Shown piece by piece: positions 1-8,963 of a stretch of DNA of 64,000 bases. The notes beneath the pieces were generated by a model that searched no databases, was not told the origin of the DNA, and worked only from the letters and a program-made list of their open reading frames with translations. Positions within the stretch are counted from its first letter, which is position 1. Each line of letters starts with the position of its first letter. Source of the stretch: Rhodothermales bacterium (GTDB taxonomy: Bacteria; Bacteroidota; Rhodothermia; Rhodothermales; JABDKH01); contig CAVYIO010000031.1 in assembly GCA_963768565.1 (NCBI GenBank), forward strand, positions 29,494 to 93,493. Direction: 5' to 3'. Position numbers and translations under genes: made by a program.

Positions 1-319
1 GGTCCGTTCGCAACGCCACATTATGCTCGTCGTCGGCCGAGAAGTGGATCGGCAGATCGGGCAACGCTCTCAGCGTGTCCAGAAGACGCTTGGCCGGTAC
101 GGCAACACGGAGCTTCTCCGCCGTGCCGTTACTCTCAAACTGAACCGGCATGTTCTGTACGATCGATATCTCCAGGTCCGTCGCGCTCAGGCGCAGCTTG
201 TCGCCATTCCGATCGAACAGGATGCACTCGAGGATGGGCAGCGTGCTCTTGGAGGGAACGGCTCCGTTGACGGTTGTGAGCGCTTTCAGCAGTTCTGCGC
301 TCGAGGCGGTAAACTTCAT
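1..319 (-). CDS. dnaN: DNA polymerase III beta subunit (sliding clamp), N-terminal part; gene continues beyond the left edge
   Basis: Reverse complement of 319..1 starts ATG AAG TTT and reads MKFTASSAELLKALTTVNGAVPSKSTLPILECILFDRNGDKLRLSATDLEISIV..., the canonical clamp N-terminus. It lies directly downstream of dnaA on the same strand. It is absent from the ORF track because no stop falls inside the window. Confidence 0.85.
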   Translation of the reverse strand, partial: MKFTASSAELLKALTTVNGAVPSKSTLPILECILFDRNGDKLRLSATDLEISIVQNMPVQFESNGTAEKLRVAVPAKRLLDTLRALPDLPIHFSADDEHNVALRTD

Positions 320-415
320 CGATCGAAACCCGGATAGGATAACAGGCTGGTCCGAAAAACTACGACAAAAGCATCTGGTTGATCCATCAACCGACTCCAA
401 AGTCCCGGGAATTCC

Positions 416-1921
416 CTACCGGCTACGAAGCTCGATCTTGTGGCGGAGCTCCGAAATCATGTCCCTGAACATCGGGTCGGTTTCAATCTGGTCCTGCACG
501 GACTGGTTCGCATGAATCACGGTGGAATGGTCGCGGCCGCCAAAGTGCAGGCCGATCGTCTTCAAGGAGTGCGGAGTAAGCTCTTTGCAGAAGAACATCG
601 CCACCTGTCGTGCACGAACCACTTCGCGCTTCCTGGTCTTGGCGCAAACCAGATCTACTGAGATATTAAAATAATCACTGACGACGCTCTGAAGTTCGTC
701 GATGGTCAGATTGATGCGGCTGCCCTTGACAAGGTCGCGCAGCACGTCTTTGGACATCGGGAGATCGATTTCCCGCTTGCTCATCGTCGAAAAGGCCAGG
801 AGGCGGATCAGAGCGCCCTCCAGCTCGCGAATGTTGCTCTTGATGTTGTGAGCGATGAACTCGATCACATCGTGATCGATCGCAATCCCGTCATCCTCCG
901 CCTTCCGACGAAGGATCGCAATACGCGTTTCCAGATCCGGCGCCTGCATATCTGCCGACAAACCCCACTGGAATCGTGATAGCAGGCGCTCCTCAATGCC
1001 GTCGATGTCGCGCGGTGGGCGATCTGCCGACAGGACGATCTGCTTTCCACTCTGATGCAGGGCGTTGAAGATGTGGAAGAACTCCTCCTGCGTCTTCTCC
1101 TTGCCGGCGAAGAACTGGGCGTCGTCAATGACCAGCAGGTCGACGCTCTGGTAGTACACGGTAAAGTCGCTCACGCGGTTGTGCTGGATGGCCTGCACAA
1201 ATTCGGTCGTGAACCGCTCGCTGGAGACGTACAGGATTCGCTCGGCCTTGGCGTTGGCGAGCGCATAGTTGCCGATAGCCTGAATCAGGTGGGTCTTGCC
1301 AAGTCCGACCCCGCCGTAGATCATGAACGGGTTGAAGCTGGTCTTGCCGGGCTGCTGGGCAATCGCCATCGATGCGCTTCGGGCAAGTCGGTTGCAGTCG
1401 CCCTCCACAAAGCGCTCGAACGTGTAGGAGCGGTTCAGATTGCTGAACACGGCCGGCGGCGCCACTCTTGGAGGCGCGACGATGTGGTCGCCGGGTCCTC
1501 CGAAGTACGGCCGGTGGGAAGAAGGTCCGGGTTGCCCGGTGTCACGAATTGAACCGAGTGAGCCCGCTTGTCCGTGCTCATCCGTGAACGGTTCATTCGA
1601 TGGGCGAGCGGGCAGCCTCATGCCGGCCGACGACTCTCCGGTGCGCCGATTCCCCTGTTCAATGACGACGTCGTACACGAGACGCCCGTTGGGGCCAAGC
1701 ACCTTCTGCACGGTCTTCCGGATGAGTTCCGGATAGTGCGTCTCGAGCCACTCGTAGAAGAACGGGCTCGGAAGGCGAACCGTCAGCTTGGACAGCGCCC
1801 CGTCCTGATCGAGGCTCACGGCGCGGATCGGCTCAAACCACGTACTATAACTCTGCCGATCAACGACGTCGCGAAACGTGTCGAGGCACGCCCCCCACAC
1901 TTCGTCCGGAGTCCGCATCAT
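416..1921 (-). CDS. dnaA: Chromosomal replication initiator protein DnaA
   Basis: 501-aa ORF. AAA+ Walker A GGVGLGKTHL, Walker B LLVIDDAQFF, C-terminal DnaA-box-binding region (LKTIGLHFGGRDHSTVIHA). Long Pro/Gly-rich linker after domain I. Followed by dnaN. Confidence 0.97.
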   Translation of the reverse strand: MMRTPDEVWGACLDTFRDVVDRQSYSTWFEPIRAVSLDQDGALSKLTVRLPSPFFYEWLETHYPELIRKTVQKVLGPNGRLVYDVVIEQGNRRTGESSAGMRLPARPSNEPFTDEHGQAGSLGSIRDTGQPGPSSHRPYFGGPGDHIVAPPRVAPPAVFSNLNRSYTFERFVEGDCNRLARSASMAIAQQPGKTSFNPFMIYGGVGLGKTHLIQAIGNYALANAKAERILYVSSERFTTEFVQAIQHNRVSDFTVYYQSVDLLVIDDAQFFAGKEKTQEEFFHIFNALHQSGKQIVLSADRPPRDIDGIEERLLSRFQWGLSADMQAPDLETRIAILRRKAEDDGIAIDHDVIEFIAHNIKSNIRELEGALIRLLAFSTMSKREIDLPMSKDVLRDLVKGSRINLTIDELQSVVSDYFNISVDLVCAKTRKREVVRARQVAMFFCKELTPHSLKTIGLHFGGRDHSTVIHANQSVQDQIETDPMFRDMISELRHKIELRSR

Positions 1922-2039
1922 AAGCGCTTGATGTTCCTCAGCTGCCTGTCCGGCACACAGCCTTCTGTGCGCTAGCCCATATCCGAGTCCCCTGGAAGAG
2001 GATTCTGTTGAATCTCGTCCGAACCGTCGTCTAATCGAC

Positions 2040-2048
2040 TTATCAACA
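2040..2048 (+). promoter_or_regulatory. DnaA-box-like 9-mer TTATCAACA (one mismatch to TTATCCACA)
   Basis: Read directly from the sequence (cgacTTATCAACAtaac). Confidence 0.35.
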
Positions 2049-2271
2049 TAACGCGGAAGAGGCGAACCGTTGCAGATGGATCGCGACCCGCGATGCGCCC
2101 ATCCAGATTGGCGCGGCGCGTGATTGGTTCAGAAAAGACGTGTAAGTCCCTGAGAATAAACTGTCTGGGACATTACGGCCGATTGGCCGCACCTCGGAAG
2201 TCTCCAGTTTCCGGTCGCCGCATGTCCGGCGCATGGCGCGGCACGATCAGGCACCAGCGCTTGCGCACAAG

Positions 2272-2280
2272 TTATCAACA
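2272..2280 (+). promoter_or_regulatory. DnaA-box-like 9-mer TTATCAACA, second identical copy in the same orientation
   Basis: Read directly from the sequence (caagTTATCAACAcccg). Confidence 0.35.
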
Positions 2281-2669
2281 CCCGTAGGAGCACACGATCT
2301 CCAGAACCACGTGCTTCGCAGAGACATTGATAGCCGTCTCTCGAGATCAAGCAATGACACACGTCGAACGATTCCGACCATGTGCGGTCCCACCTTGCAG
2401 AGATCCGAGAACAACGGCTACATGCTAGCAACAATTTGATACTAACGACTGACCGGTGTAAGGTCAAGCGACCGCAATTCATTTCGCGTTCAGCCTGACC
2501 GCCGAGCGCGAACAAACGCGCCTTGCGCGACGCCGCACCTGCCACACTCGCAAGCGCTTGCGCGAAGCAATGCCCAGGATCGTTTTGCGGATTCTTGATG
2601 GAAATCGCCTGCATGCAGTCCGTATCTTCTGTGTTCTGCACCAACCTTTTTTCCGACACACACGCGGAC

Positions 2670-3146
2670 ATGGTACGGATTGAACTTTCGACGGTACGCG
2701 AGGGGCTCAATGAGCTGACGTTCACGCCGTCTCCAGAGTCGCTCGAAGTAGACGCCGACATTTTCTCGGACATCCGAGTCGACCTCGAGCTCGACGCGGC
2801 GAAGGACCGGATCGTTGTCAGGTATTCTGTCATCGCAGAGGCGAATCTCGTGTGTGACAGAACGGCCCAGGCCTTCCAGCAGCAGGTGGAGGGCTCTCAT
2901 CTCGTGATGTTCACGAAGGCCCTGGACGCTGAGGCCGAGGATGCACCGGAAGACACAAAAGCCTTTGTCGACAAGGATCAATACCTTGACCTGTCGGACG
3001 AAGTCCGGGATACGCTCGTACTTTCGTTGCCGACAAGGCGAATTGCGCCCGGCGCCGATGAACTTGATATTCCAACCGCTTTCGGCATAAAAACCGAGGA
3101 TGAAATCGATCCTCGCTGGGACGAACTCAGGAAATTGCAGAACTAA
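2670..3146 (+). CDS. yceD: YceD/DUF177 family protein (23S rRNA accumulation protein), usual partner of rpmF
   Basis: Internal ATG of track ORF 2523..3146 gives MVRIELSTVREGLNELTF.... The acidic C-terminus ending DPRWDELRKLQ is typical of DUF177. It lies immediately upstream of rpmF, the conserved arrangement. Confidence 0.8.
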   Translation: MVRIELSTVREGLNELTFTPSPESLEVDADIFSDIRVDLELDAAKDRIVVRYSVIAEANLVCDRTAQAFQQQVEGSHLVMFTKALDAEAEDAPEDTKAFVDKDQYLDLSDEVRDTLVLSLPTRRIAPGADELDIPTAFGIKTEDEIDPRWDELRKLQN

Positions 3147-3204
3147 TCCGGGTGCTCAGGCGTTCGGCGGTGATTGAAATCGATAGACTTACGGTTCCAG
3201 AACC

Positions 3205-3396
3205 ATGGCAAATCCAAAACGGCGGCATTCAAAAGCCCGCACCAGAAGCCGGCGCGCGAACTATTACGGGAGCCTCCGCGAGCCATCGCTCATGGAATGC
3301 GCTAACTGCGGCGACTCGAAGATGCGTCACCACGCATGCCCCAAGTGCGGCTATTATCGAGGCAGAAAGGTCGTAGAACGAAGCGAAGCCGAATAG
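3205..3396 (+). CDS. rpmF: 50S ribosomal protein L32
   Basis: 63 aa, MANPKRRHSKARTRSRRA... with a CxxC...CxxC zinc ribbon (CANCGD...CPKCG). Confidence 0.95.
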   Translation: MANPKRRHSKARTRSRRANYYGSLREPSLMECANCGDSKMRHHACPKCGYYRGRKVVERSEAE

Positions 3397-3459
3397 GCAA
3401 CTACGGCCAGAAAGGTCGTATCCTCGTTTCACCTCCAAGAATTCCTGGGCTCAAGTTTT

Positions 3460-4470
3460 ATGTCGATTCGAGTCGCGGTCGACGGAATGGGCGGCGATCA
3501 TGCCCCTGATGTCGTTGTTGAAGGAGCGGTTCGAGCCGCAGCGCGACAAGAGGACATCAGAGTCCTGCTGGTAGGAAAGGCGGAAATCCTGAAATCCAGA
3601 CTCGATAGTCTGGGTGCCGGCGACACACCCATCGATATCGTGGACGCGGCCGATGTGATTGGCATGGCCGAGTCTCCCTCGGTCGCCGTTAAGAGCAAAC
3701 CGCGATCATCCATTCACGTAGGTCTTTCGCTCCACAAGGCCGGCGACGCCGATGCGTTCGTTAGCGCAGGCAACACCGGCGCTGTAATGGCCGCCTCTCT
3801 TTTTATCCTCGGTCGGCTTCCGGGTGTGTCGCGACCGGCCATTCTGACCCCCTATCCTACACTCAAAGGATTTTGCGGCGTGGTTGACGTTGGCGCAAAC
3901 GTCGATTGCCGACCGGCCCACCTGGTCCAGTTTGCCGCAATGGCATCCATATATGCGCAGCGAATCTGGAAAAAGGCCGACGCGACGGTTGGCCTTCTCA
4001 ACATCGGCGAAGAAGCGTCGAAAGGAAACGAACTCACCAGGGAAGTCTATGGGCTCCTGAAGGACGACGCCCGCCTGAACTTTGTCGGGAACGTCGAGGG
4101 ACGGGATCTCATGTGCCATGCAGCCGACGTCGTGGTGTGTGACGGCTTCATCGGCAACGTGGTCTTGAAGCTGGGCGAGAGCATCGCGTCGGTCGTTCCC
4201 CAGTTAGTCGCCCAGGAGATGCAGCGGCAGAAACTCGCTCCTGAACACCAGCAGATCGTCGCAGGTGTGCTGAAAGGCGTGGGCAAGGCGTTCAACTACG
4301 AAGAGTATGGCGGTACCCCGCTGCTCGGTGTCGCCGGGAATGTCCTGATCGGCCACGGCGGGTCTTCGGCCAGAGCGATCGAAAACATGATTATCGCCGG
4401 AGGAGAGGTGGCCAGGCAGAATGTGGCTGGATCCATCAAAGACGTGTTCGGCGACCGCAAAGACTCCTGA
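3460..4470 (+). CDS. plsX: Phosphate acyltransferase PlsX
   Basis: 336 aa, [20 protein letters not shown]... N-terminus typical of PlsX. Sits in the rpmF-plsX-fabH context. Confidence 0.95.
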   Translation: MSIRVAVDGMGGDHAPDVVVEGAVRAAARQEDIRVLLVGKAEILKSRLDSLGAGDTPIDIVDAADVIGMAESPSVAVKSKPRSSIHVGLSLHKAGDADAFVSAGNTGAVMAASLFILGRLPGVSRPAILTPYPTLKGFCGVVDVGANVDCRPAHLVQFAAMASIYAQRIWKKADATVGLLNIGEEASKGNELTREVYGLLKDDARLNFVGNVEGRDLMCHAADVVVCDGFIGNVVLKLGESIASVVPQLVAQEMQRQKLAPEHQQIVAGVLKGVGKAFNYEEYGGTPLLGVAGNVLIGHGGSSARAIENMIIAGGEVARQNVAGSIKDVFGDRKDS

Positions 4471-4496
4471 TTTCAGCCAGCAGACGAACCGAATCC

Positions 4497-5498
4497 ATGC
4501 GACGCGCAGCGATTACAGCGGTCGGTCATTTTCTTCCCGAGGAGAAACTGACGAACACCGACCTCGAAGCGATGGTGGATACCACGGACGAGTGGATATT
4601 CACGCGCACCGGGATTCGCGAGCGGCGGATTCTCCGCGACACGACGAAGGCAACATCGTACATGGCCACGAAGGCCGCCGAAATGGTGCTGGCAAAACGC
4701 GGCATCGACGCCTCGGAGATCGACACGATCATTGTGGCAACCGTCACGCCCGACATGTTCTTTCCGGCGACGGCCTGCCTGGTTCAGGACAACATCGGTG
4801 CGTCGAACGCGTGGGGCTTTGATCTTTCGGCCGCCTGCAGCGGGTTTCTTTTCGCTCTCAGTACCGGCGCCCAGATGATTGAAGCCGGCCGCCACGAAAA
4901 GGTCCTCGTCATCGGCGCCGACAAGATGAGCACGATTGTCGACTACACCGACCGAACGACCTGCATTCTCTTTGGTGACGGGGCCGGAGCCGTGCTTCTC
5001 GAACCGAGCGAGGAGGGCTACGGCATTCTTGATAGCCTGGAGCGATGCGATGGCTCACAGAAGGATTTGCTGTGCATGGTGGGTGGAGGCAGCCTGAACC
5101 CGCCCACCGCGGCGACCGTGGAGGCGAAGATGCACTACCTCCATCAGGAAGGGCGACAGGTCTTTCGCTATGCGGTTCAGGGAATGGCCGATGCGGCCGC
5201 GAACATCATGGAGCGAAACGGCCTCACCGGAGAGGATGTGCGCTATCTGGTTCCCCATCAGGCCAACCTCCGCATCATCGACGCGACCGCGAAACGAATG
5301 GGCATCACGACGGACAAAGTGATGCTTAACATCGAGCGCTACGGCAACACGACGGCCGCCACCATCCCGCTCTGTCTTGCAGATTGGGAAGGCGAATTGC
5401 GCAAAGGAGACAACCTGGTTCTGGCGGCGTTCGGCGGCGGATTCACGTGGGGCGCCACGTACGTGAAGTGGGCCTACGACGGAAACACCGACAGCTGA
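4497..5498 (+). CDS. fabH: 3-oxoacyl-ACP synthase III
   Basis: 333 aa. Active-site Cys context [21 protein letters not shown], and a GGGFTWGA C-terminus. Confidence 0.95.
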   Translation: MRRAAITAVGHFLPEEKLTNTDLEAMVDTTDEWIFTRTGIRERRILRDTTKATSYMATKAAEMVLAKRGIDASEIDTIIVATVTPDMFFPATACLVQDNIGASNAWGFDLSAACSGFLFALSTGAQMIEAGRHEKVLVIGADKMSTIVDYTDRTTCILFGDGAGAVLLEPSEEGYGILDSLERCDGSQKDLLCMVGGGSLNPPTAATVEAKMHYLHQEGRQVFRYAVQGMADAAANIMERNGLTGEDVRYLVPHQANLRIIDATAKRMGITTDKVMLNIERYGNTTAATIPLCLADWEGELRKGDNLVLAAFGGGFTWGATYVKWAYDGNTDS

Positions 5499-5523
5499 AG
5501 TCTGCCCACGACGGGTAACGCTC

Positions 5524-6504
5524 ATGAGTATCGCCTACCTATTTCCCGGCCAGGGTTCTCAGTTCGTCGGAATGGGACGGGACATCTTTGAAAGATTTCC
5601 GGAGGCCCGACGTCGCTTCAACGAGGCCAACGAAATCCTGGGGTTCTCGCTTTCGGCCATAATGTTCGGAAGCGGCGACGAGACGGCAGCGGACGTCGAG
5701 GCGGCTGCACTCCGACAAACAGATGTAACTCAGCCTGCGCTGCTCGTTCACAGTCTTGCCGCATGGTCCATCATGGAAAGCCGGGGAGCCACGCCGGACA
5801 TGACGGCGGGTCACAGTCTCGGAGAATACTCTGCACTCGCGGCGGCCGGAGCCCTTTCGTTCGAGGACGCGGTTCGCATCGCACGCGAGCGTGGCCGGTT
5901 GATGGCGGAGATCGGGACGGACCGAGTCGGCTCGATGGCTGCTGTTCTCGGCCTGGATGACGAAGCTGTTGCGCAGGTGTGCAACGAAGCCTCGGACACA
6001 ACCGGCATGATTGTTCAGCCGGCCAATTTCAATTCGCCCGGGCAGGTCGTCGTGTCCGGCGACGAGGTGGCGGTCAACGAAGCCATGGTCAGGCTGAAGG
6101 AGCTCGGAGTCAAGCGTGTAGTATCGCTGCCCGTCAGCGGAGCCTTTCACTCGCCACTGATGGAAGAGGCGCGTGCCGGATTGACGGCCGCTCTTGAGTC
6201 GCTGCCGCTTTCGACGCCGATGTGTCCCGTATATCTCAACGTGACGGCGGCCGCGACGAAGGATCCGGAAGAAATCCGCCGGCGACTTGTGGAGCAACTC
6301 ACCTCTCCCGTCCAGTGGACGCGGATCATGGAGAACATGCACAGGGATGGCGCGACACGATATGTAGAGGTGGGAGCCGGGAAGGTGTTGAGTGGTCTCG
6401 CCAAACGCACCATCGGCCGCGACGTCGTGACCCACCAGGCAGGGACGTCGGACGACTTCGACAAACTATCTCTCGAATCGGACCAGGATCGGCTATGGAA
6501 CTGA
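5524..6504 (+). CDS. fabD: Malonyl-CoA:ACP transacylase
   Basis: 326 aa. FPGQGSQ start and catalytic GHSLGEYSAL motif. Confidence 0.95.
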   Translation: MSIAYLFPGQGSQFVGMGRDIFERFPEARRRFNEANEILGFSLSAIMFGSGDETAADVEAAALRQTDVTQPALLVHSLAAWSIMESRGATPDMTAGHSLGEYSALAAAGALSFEDAVRIARERGRLMAEIGTDRVGSMAAVLGLDDEAVAQVCNEASDTTGMIVQPANFNSPGQVVVSGDEVAVNEAMVRLKELGVKRVVSLPVSGAFHSPLMEEARAGLTAALESLPLSTPMCPVYLNVTAAATKDPEEIRRRLVEQLTSPVQWTRIMENMHRDGATRYVEVGAGKVLSGLAKRTIGRDVVTHQAGTSDDFDKLSLESDQDRLWN

Positions 6505-7244
6505 ATCTGAAGGGCAGGAACGCACTGGTGACGGGCGGAACACGTGGCATCGGCCGATCAATCGTTGATGTGCTCTCGCGCGCAGGAGCCAATGTCGCGT
6601 TCACATTCCGCTCATCTACCGACGAAGCCAACAGTCTTAGCAAGGAAATCGAATCCCGCGGGGTGATGGGTCTGGCAATTCAGGGCGATGCGGCAGATTT
6701 TGATGCAGCGGAAGTCGCCGTTCAGAGCGTACTCGAGGCCTGGGGAACACTCGATGTTCTGGTCAACAACGCGGGCATTACTCGCGACGGACTGTTGCTC
6801 AGGAGTCGAGAGGAGGACTGGGACGCGGTCATCAGTACGAACCTCAAAAGCGTTTTTAATTTCTGTAAGGCGGCATACCGCCCGATGATGAAGCAACGAA
6901 GCGGCAAGATCATCAATATGTCTTCGGTCGTCGGCGTGGTGGGCAATGCCGGGCAGACGAATTACGCTGCGTCGAAGGCGGGCATCATCGGTTTTTCGAA
7001 AAGCCTTGCCAAGGAGCTGGGTAGTAGGGGTGTCACTGTCAATGTCGTAGCTCCGGGTTACGTAGATACTGATATGACCCGCTCGATGCCCGATGCGGCG
7101 AAAGAGGCTATGCTGTCCGACGTGCCGCTCGGACGCCCGGCTTCACCGGAAGATGTGGCTGCAGCGGTCGTGTTTCTGGCCTCGAGTGCAGCGGATTATA
7201 TAACAGGTCACGTCCTGCATGTGGACGGCGGCCTGGCCACCTAA
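6495..7244 (+). CDS. fabG: 3-oxoacyl-ACP reductase (SDR)
   Basis: Internal ATG of track ORF 6222..7244 gives MELNLKGRNALVTGGTRGIGRSI.... NNAGI and YAASKAG motifs are present. The start overlaps the fabD stop by 10 nt. Confidence 0.93.
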   Translation: MELNLKGRNALVTGGTRGIGRSIVDVLSRAGANVAFTFRSSTDEANSLSKEIESRGVMGLAIQGDAADFDAAEVAVQSVLEAWGTLDVLVNNAGITRDGLLLRSREEDWDAVISTNLKSVFNFCKAAYRPMMKQRSGKIINMSSVVGVVGNAGQTNYAASKAGIIGFSKSLAKELGSRGVTVNVVAPGYVDTDMTRSMPDAAKEAMLSDVPLGRPASPEDVAAAVVFLASSAADYITGHVLHVDGGLAT

Positions 7245-7253
7245 ATGTGAGTA

Positions 7254-8890
7254 ATGATCATGAGATGGAATAGCACACGGTTGTTCGTCCCACTGCTGGC
7301 TGTATTGAGCGTGCCGGCTCTGGCCCAGGAGCACGGAGCTGAAATAACCGGACCCATTCACTACCGCGTGTACGACGCCAACGGTAATGAGAGTTCGCTC
7401 GATGCGGTGATCTCCCGTGCACTCGAGTCGGATGTCGTTCTTGTCGGTGAAGAGCACAACGACCCGCTCGCACATTATCTGCAGGCGCAGTTGTTGAAGG
7501 CGCTTGTCGAAAGATCCGACGATCGTCCGGTCGCGCTCTCCCTGGAGATGTTCGAGCGGGATGTGCAGCACGTAGTTGACGAGTATCTCGAGGATGAAAT
7601 CTCCGAAAGCCACTTCAAGAAGAGCGGTCGGGCGTGGTCGAATTACGATACCGATTACAAGCCATTGATTGAGGCTGCACGCGAAGCCGACATCCCGGTG
7701 ATCGCAGCAAATGCGCCTCGCCGGTACGTGAACAGGGTCTCGCGCGAGGGAGCCGAATCGCTGGAATCTCTCTCCGAGCTTGCCCAGTCGTGGCTGGCAC
7801 CCGTGCCGTACGAGGGACCTTCTGAAGAGTACGCGGCGCAATGGAACGCCATGATGGCAGAGCAGATGGCCGAAATGCAGTCGGCGGCGAAGGATGCGGA
7901 TGCTGAGCGTTCCGGCGACTCGGATGCCGGCATGGGCGAGCACAAACAGATGCGCATGCGTGTTCACAAGGGCATGGGGGCCGCTGATTCTTCTGGTGGC
8001 GGCATGCACGGCATGAAGGCGATGCACGGCAAGATGAAGATGGACGGTGACGCCATGGGCGAGGGCCACACATGCGAGCACTGCCAGGGTAGCGGCATGC
8101 ACGGTGACTCGACAGGCACCATGAGTCACAAAGCGGGTGGCGGCATGCACGGCATGAAGGCGATGCACGGCAAGATGAAGATGGATGGTGACGCCATGGG
8201 CGAGGGCCACACATGCGAGCACTGCCAGCAAAGCGGCATGCACGGTGACTCGACAGGCACCATGAGTCACAAAGCGGGTGGCGGATGACGGATGAAGGCG
8301 ATGCATGGGCAAGATGAAGATGCACGGTGACTCCACCGGTACATCCGGCGGAATGTGCGCGCACTGCAAAGGCATGAAAGGTGATTCGACCTCTGCTCAT
8401 CCGAAGATGGGCCCCATGCACGGAAAGCGAATGGGGTCTGGTGATTCGTCGACTTCTCGAGGCTGCCATGCCGGACGACGAGATCCATCGGCGGCTGCGC
8501 CCCGAATCGAAAGACGCGGATGACAAGAGCCCGATGATGATGACGAAGTCCGACGAGGAATCCGCAGGCGCCGGCATGCATGCGGCCATGGCGGGAATGC
8601 TGGATGCTCAGTCGCTCTGGGACGCAACGATGGCCCATTCGATAGCGACGTTTCTTGAGGAGGAGTCAAGAGCCATCGTGCTGCACGCCGTCGGTGGTTT
8701 TCACGTTGAGTACAGCACAGGAATCCCGGAGCAACTGTCACTGTATCGACCGGGTGCGAAGCAATTGATTATCGCTATCCGTTCGGCCGATGATATCGCC
8801 GCATTTGGCGAAAAGGACCAGGGCCGTGGCGATTTCGTAATCCTGACCGACGCGGAGCTTCCACGATCGTACGAGACTCGCACGGATTAA
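7254..8890 (+). pseudogene. ChaN/Tiki-superfamily (haem-binding uptake, PF04187-like) secreted protein with an inserted Met/His/Cys-rich repeat region; reading frame interrupted (in-frame TGA at 8286-8288 plus two +1 shifts)
   Basis: Signal peptide MIMRWNSTRLFVPLLAVLSVPALAQ. N-terminal half of the ChaN domain (VVLVGEEHNDPLAH...SLEMFERDVQ...IAANAPRRY) is in track ORF 7254..8288. C-terminal half (MLDAQSLWDATMAHSIATFL...LHAVGGFHVEYSTGIPEQL) is in ORF 8381..8890. The bridging Met/His-rich segment is in ORF 8305..8523 in the third frame. Confidence 0.7.
7995..8417 (+). repeat. 141-bp (47-codon) tandem repeat: two near-identical units plus a degenerate third
   Basis: Units start at 7995, 8136 and 8277 (ggtggcggcatgcacggcatgaagg...). 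Units 1 and 2 differ at about 4 positions and each encode GGGMHGMKAMHGKMKMDGDAMGEGHTCEHCQxSGMHGDSTGTMSHKA. Confidence 0.9.
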
Positions 8891-8963
8891 GGGCAGAAAA
8901 CTGAGGCCGAGGGAACCCTTTCTGGCCCGGAGAGAAACACCTGTTGTTTCCCGCTACCCATCC

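Larger units (their letters stand above)
1922..2669. promoter_or_regulatory. Putative chromosomal replication origin (oriC) plus dnaA promoter region
   Basis: Gene-free ~750 bp between divergent dnaA (-) and yceD (+). It holds two identical DnaA-box-like 9-mers TTATCAACA and an AT-richer stretch (caacaatttgatactaacga, about 2430-2448). Only implausible ORFs overlap it. Confidence 0.35.

Noticed and set aside
2129-2981. Minus-strand ORFs 2129..2833 (234 aa) and 2490..2981 crossing the putative oriC and yceD
   Set aside because: Ser/Arg/Cys-rich improbable sequences. They overlap the well-supported yceD gene and the intergenic origin region.
8286-8288. In-frame TGA in the ChaN-like repeat as a possible selenocysteine codon or programmed recoding site
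   Set aside because: The corresponding position in the two intact repeat units is not Cys. No SECIS-like hairpin is apparent downstream, and the site is immediately followed by a frame shift. A degenerate or mis-assembled repeat is the simpler explanation.
7995-8417. Considered whether the 141-bp repeats could be a CRISPR array or a mobile-element terminus
   Set aside because: The units are directly adjacent with no spacers, lie in-frame within a coding region, and encode a repeated peptide. No cas or transposase genes are present in the window.
7143-8589. Very long minus-strand ORFs (7143..8375, 410 aa; 7615..8589, 324 aa) running antisense through the ChaN-like gene
   Set aside because: Their translations are His/Arg/Ala/Cys-rich, repetitive, low-complexity sequence. 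This composition is created by reading the 141-bp tandem repeat and GC-rich coding sequence backwards. The plus strand carries clear ChaN-domain homology.
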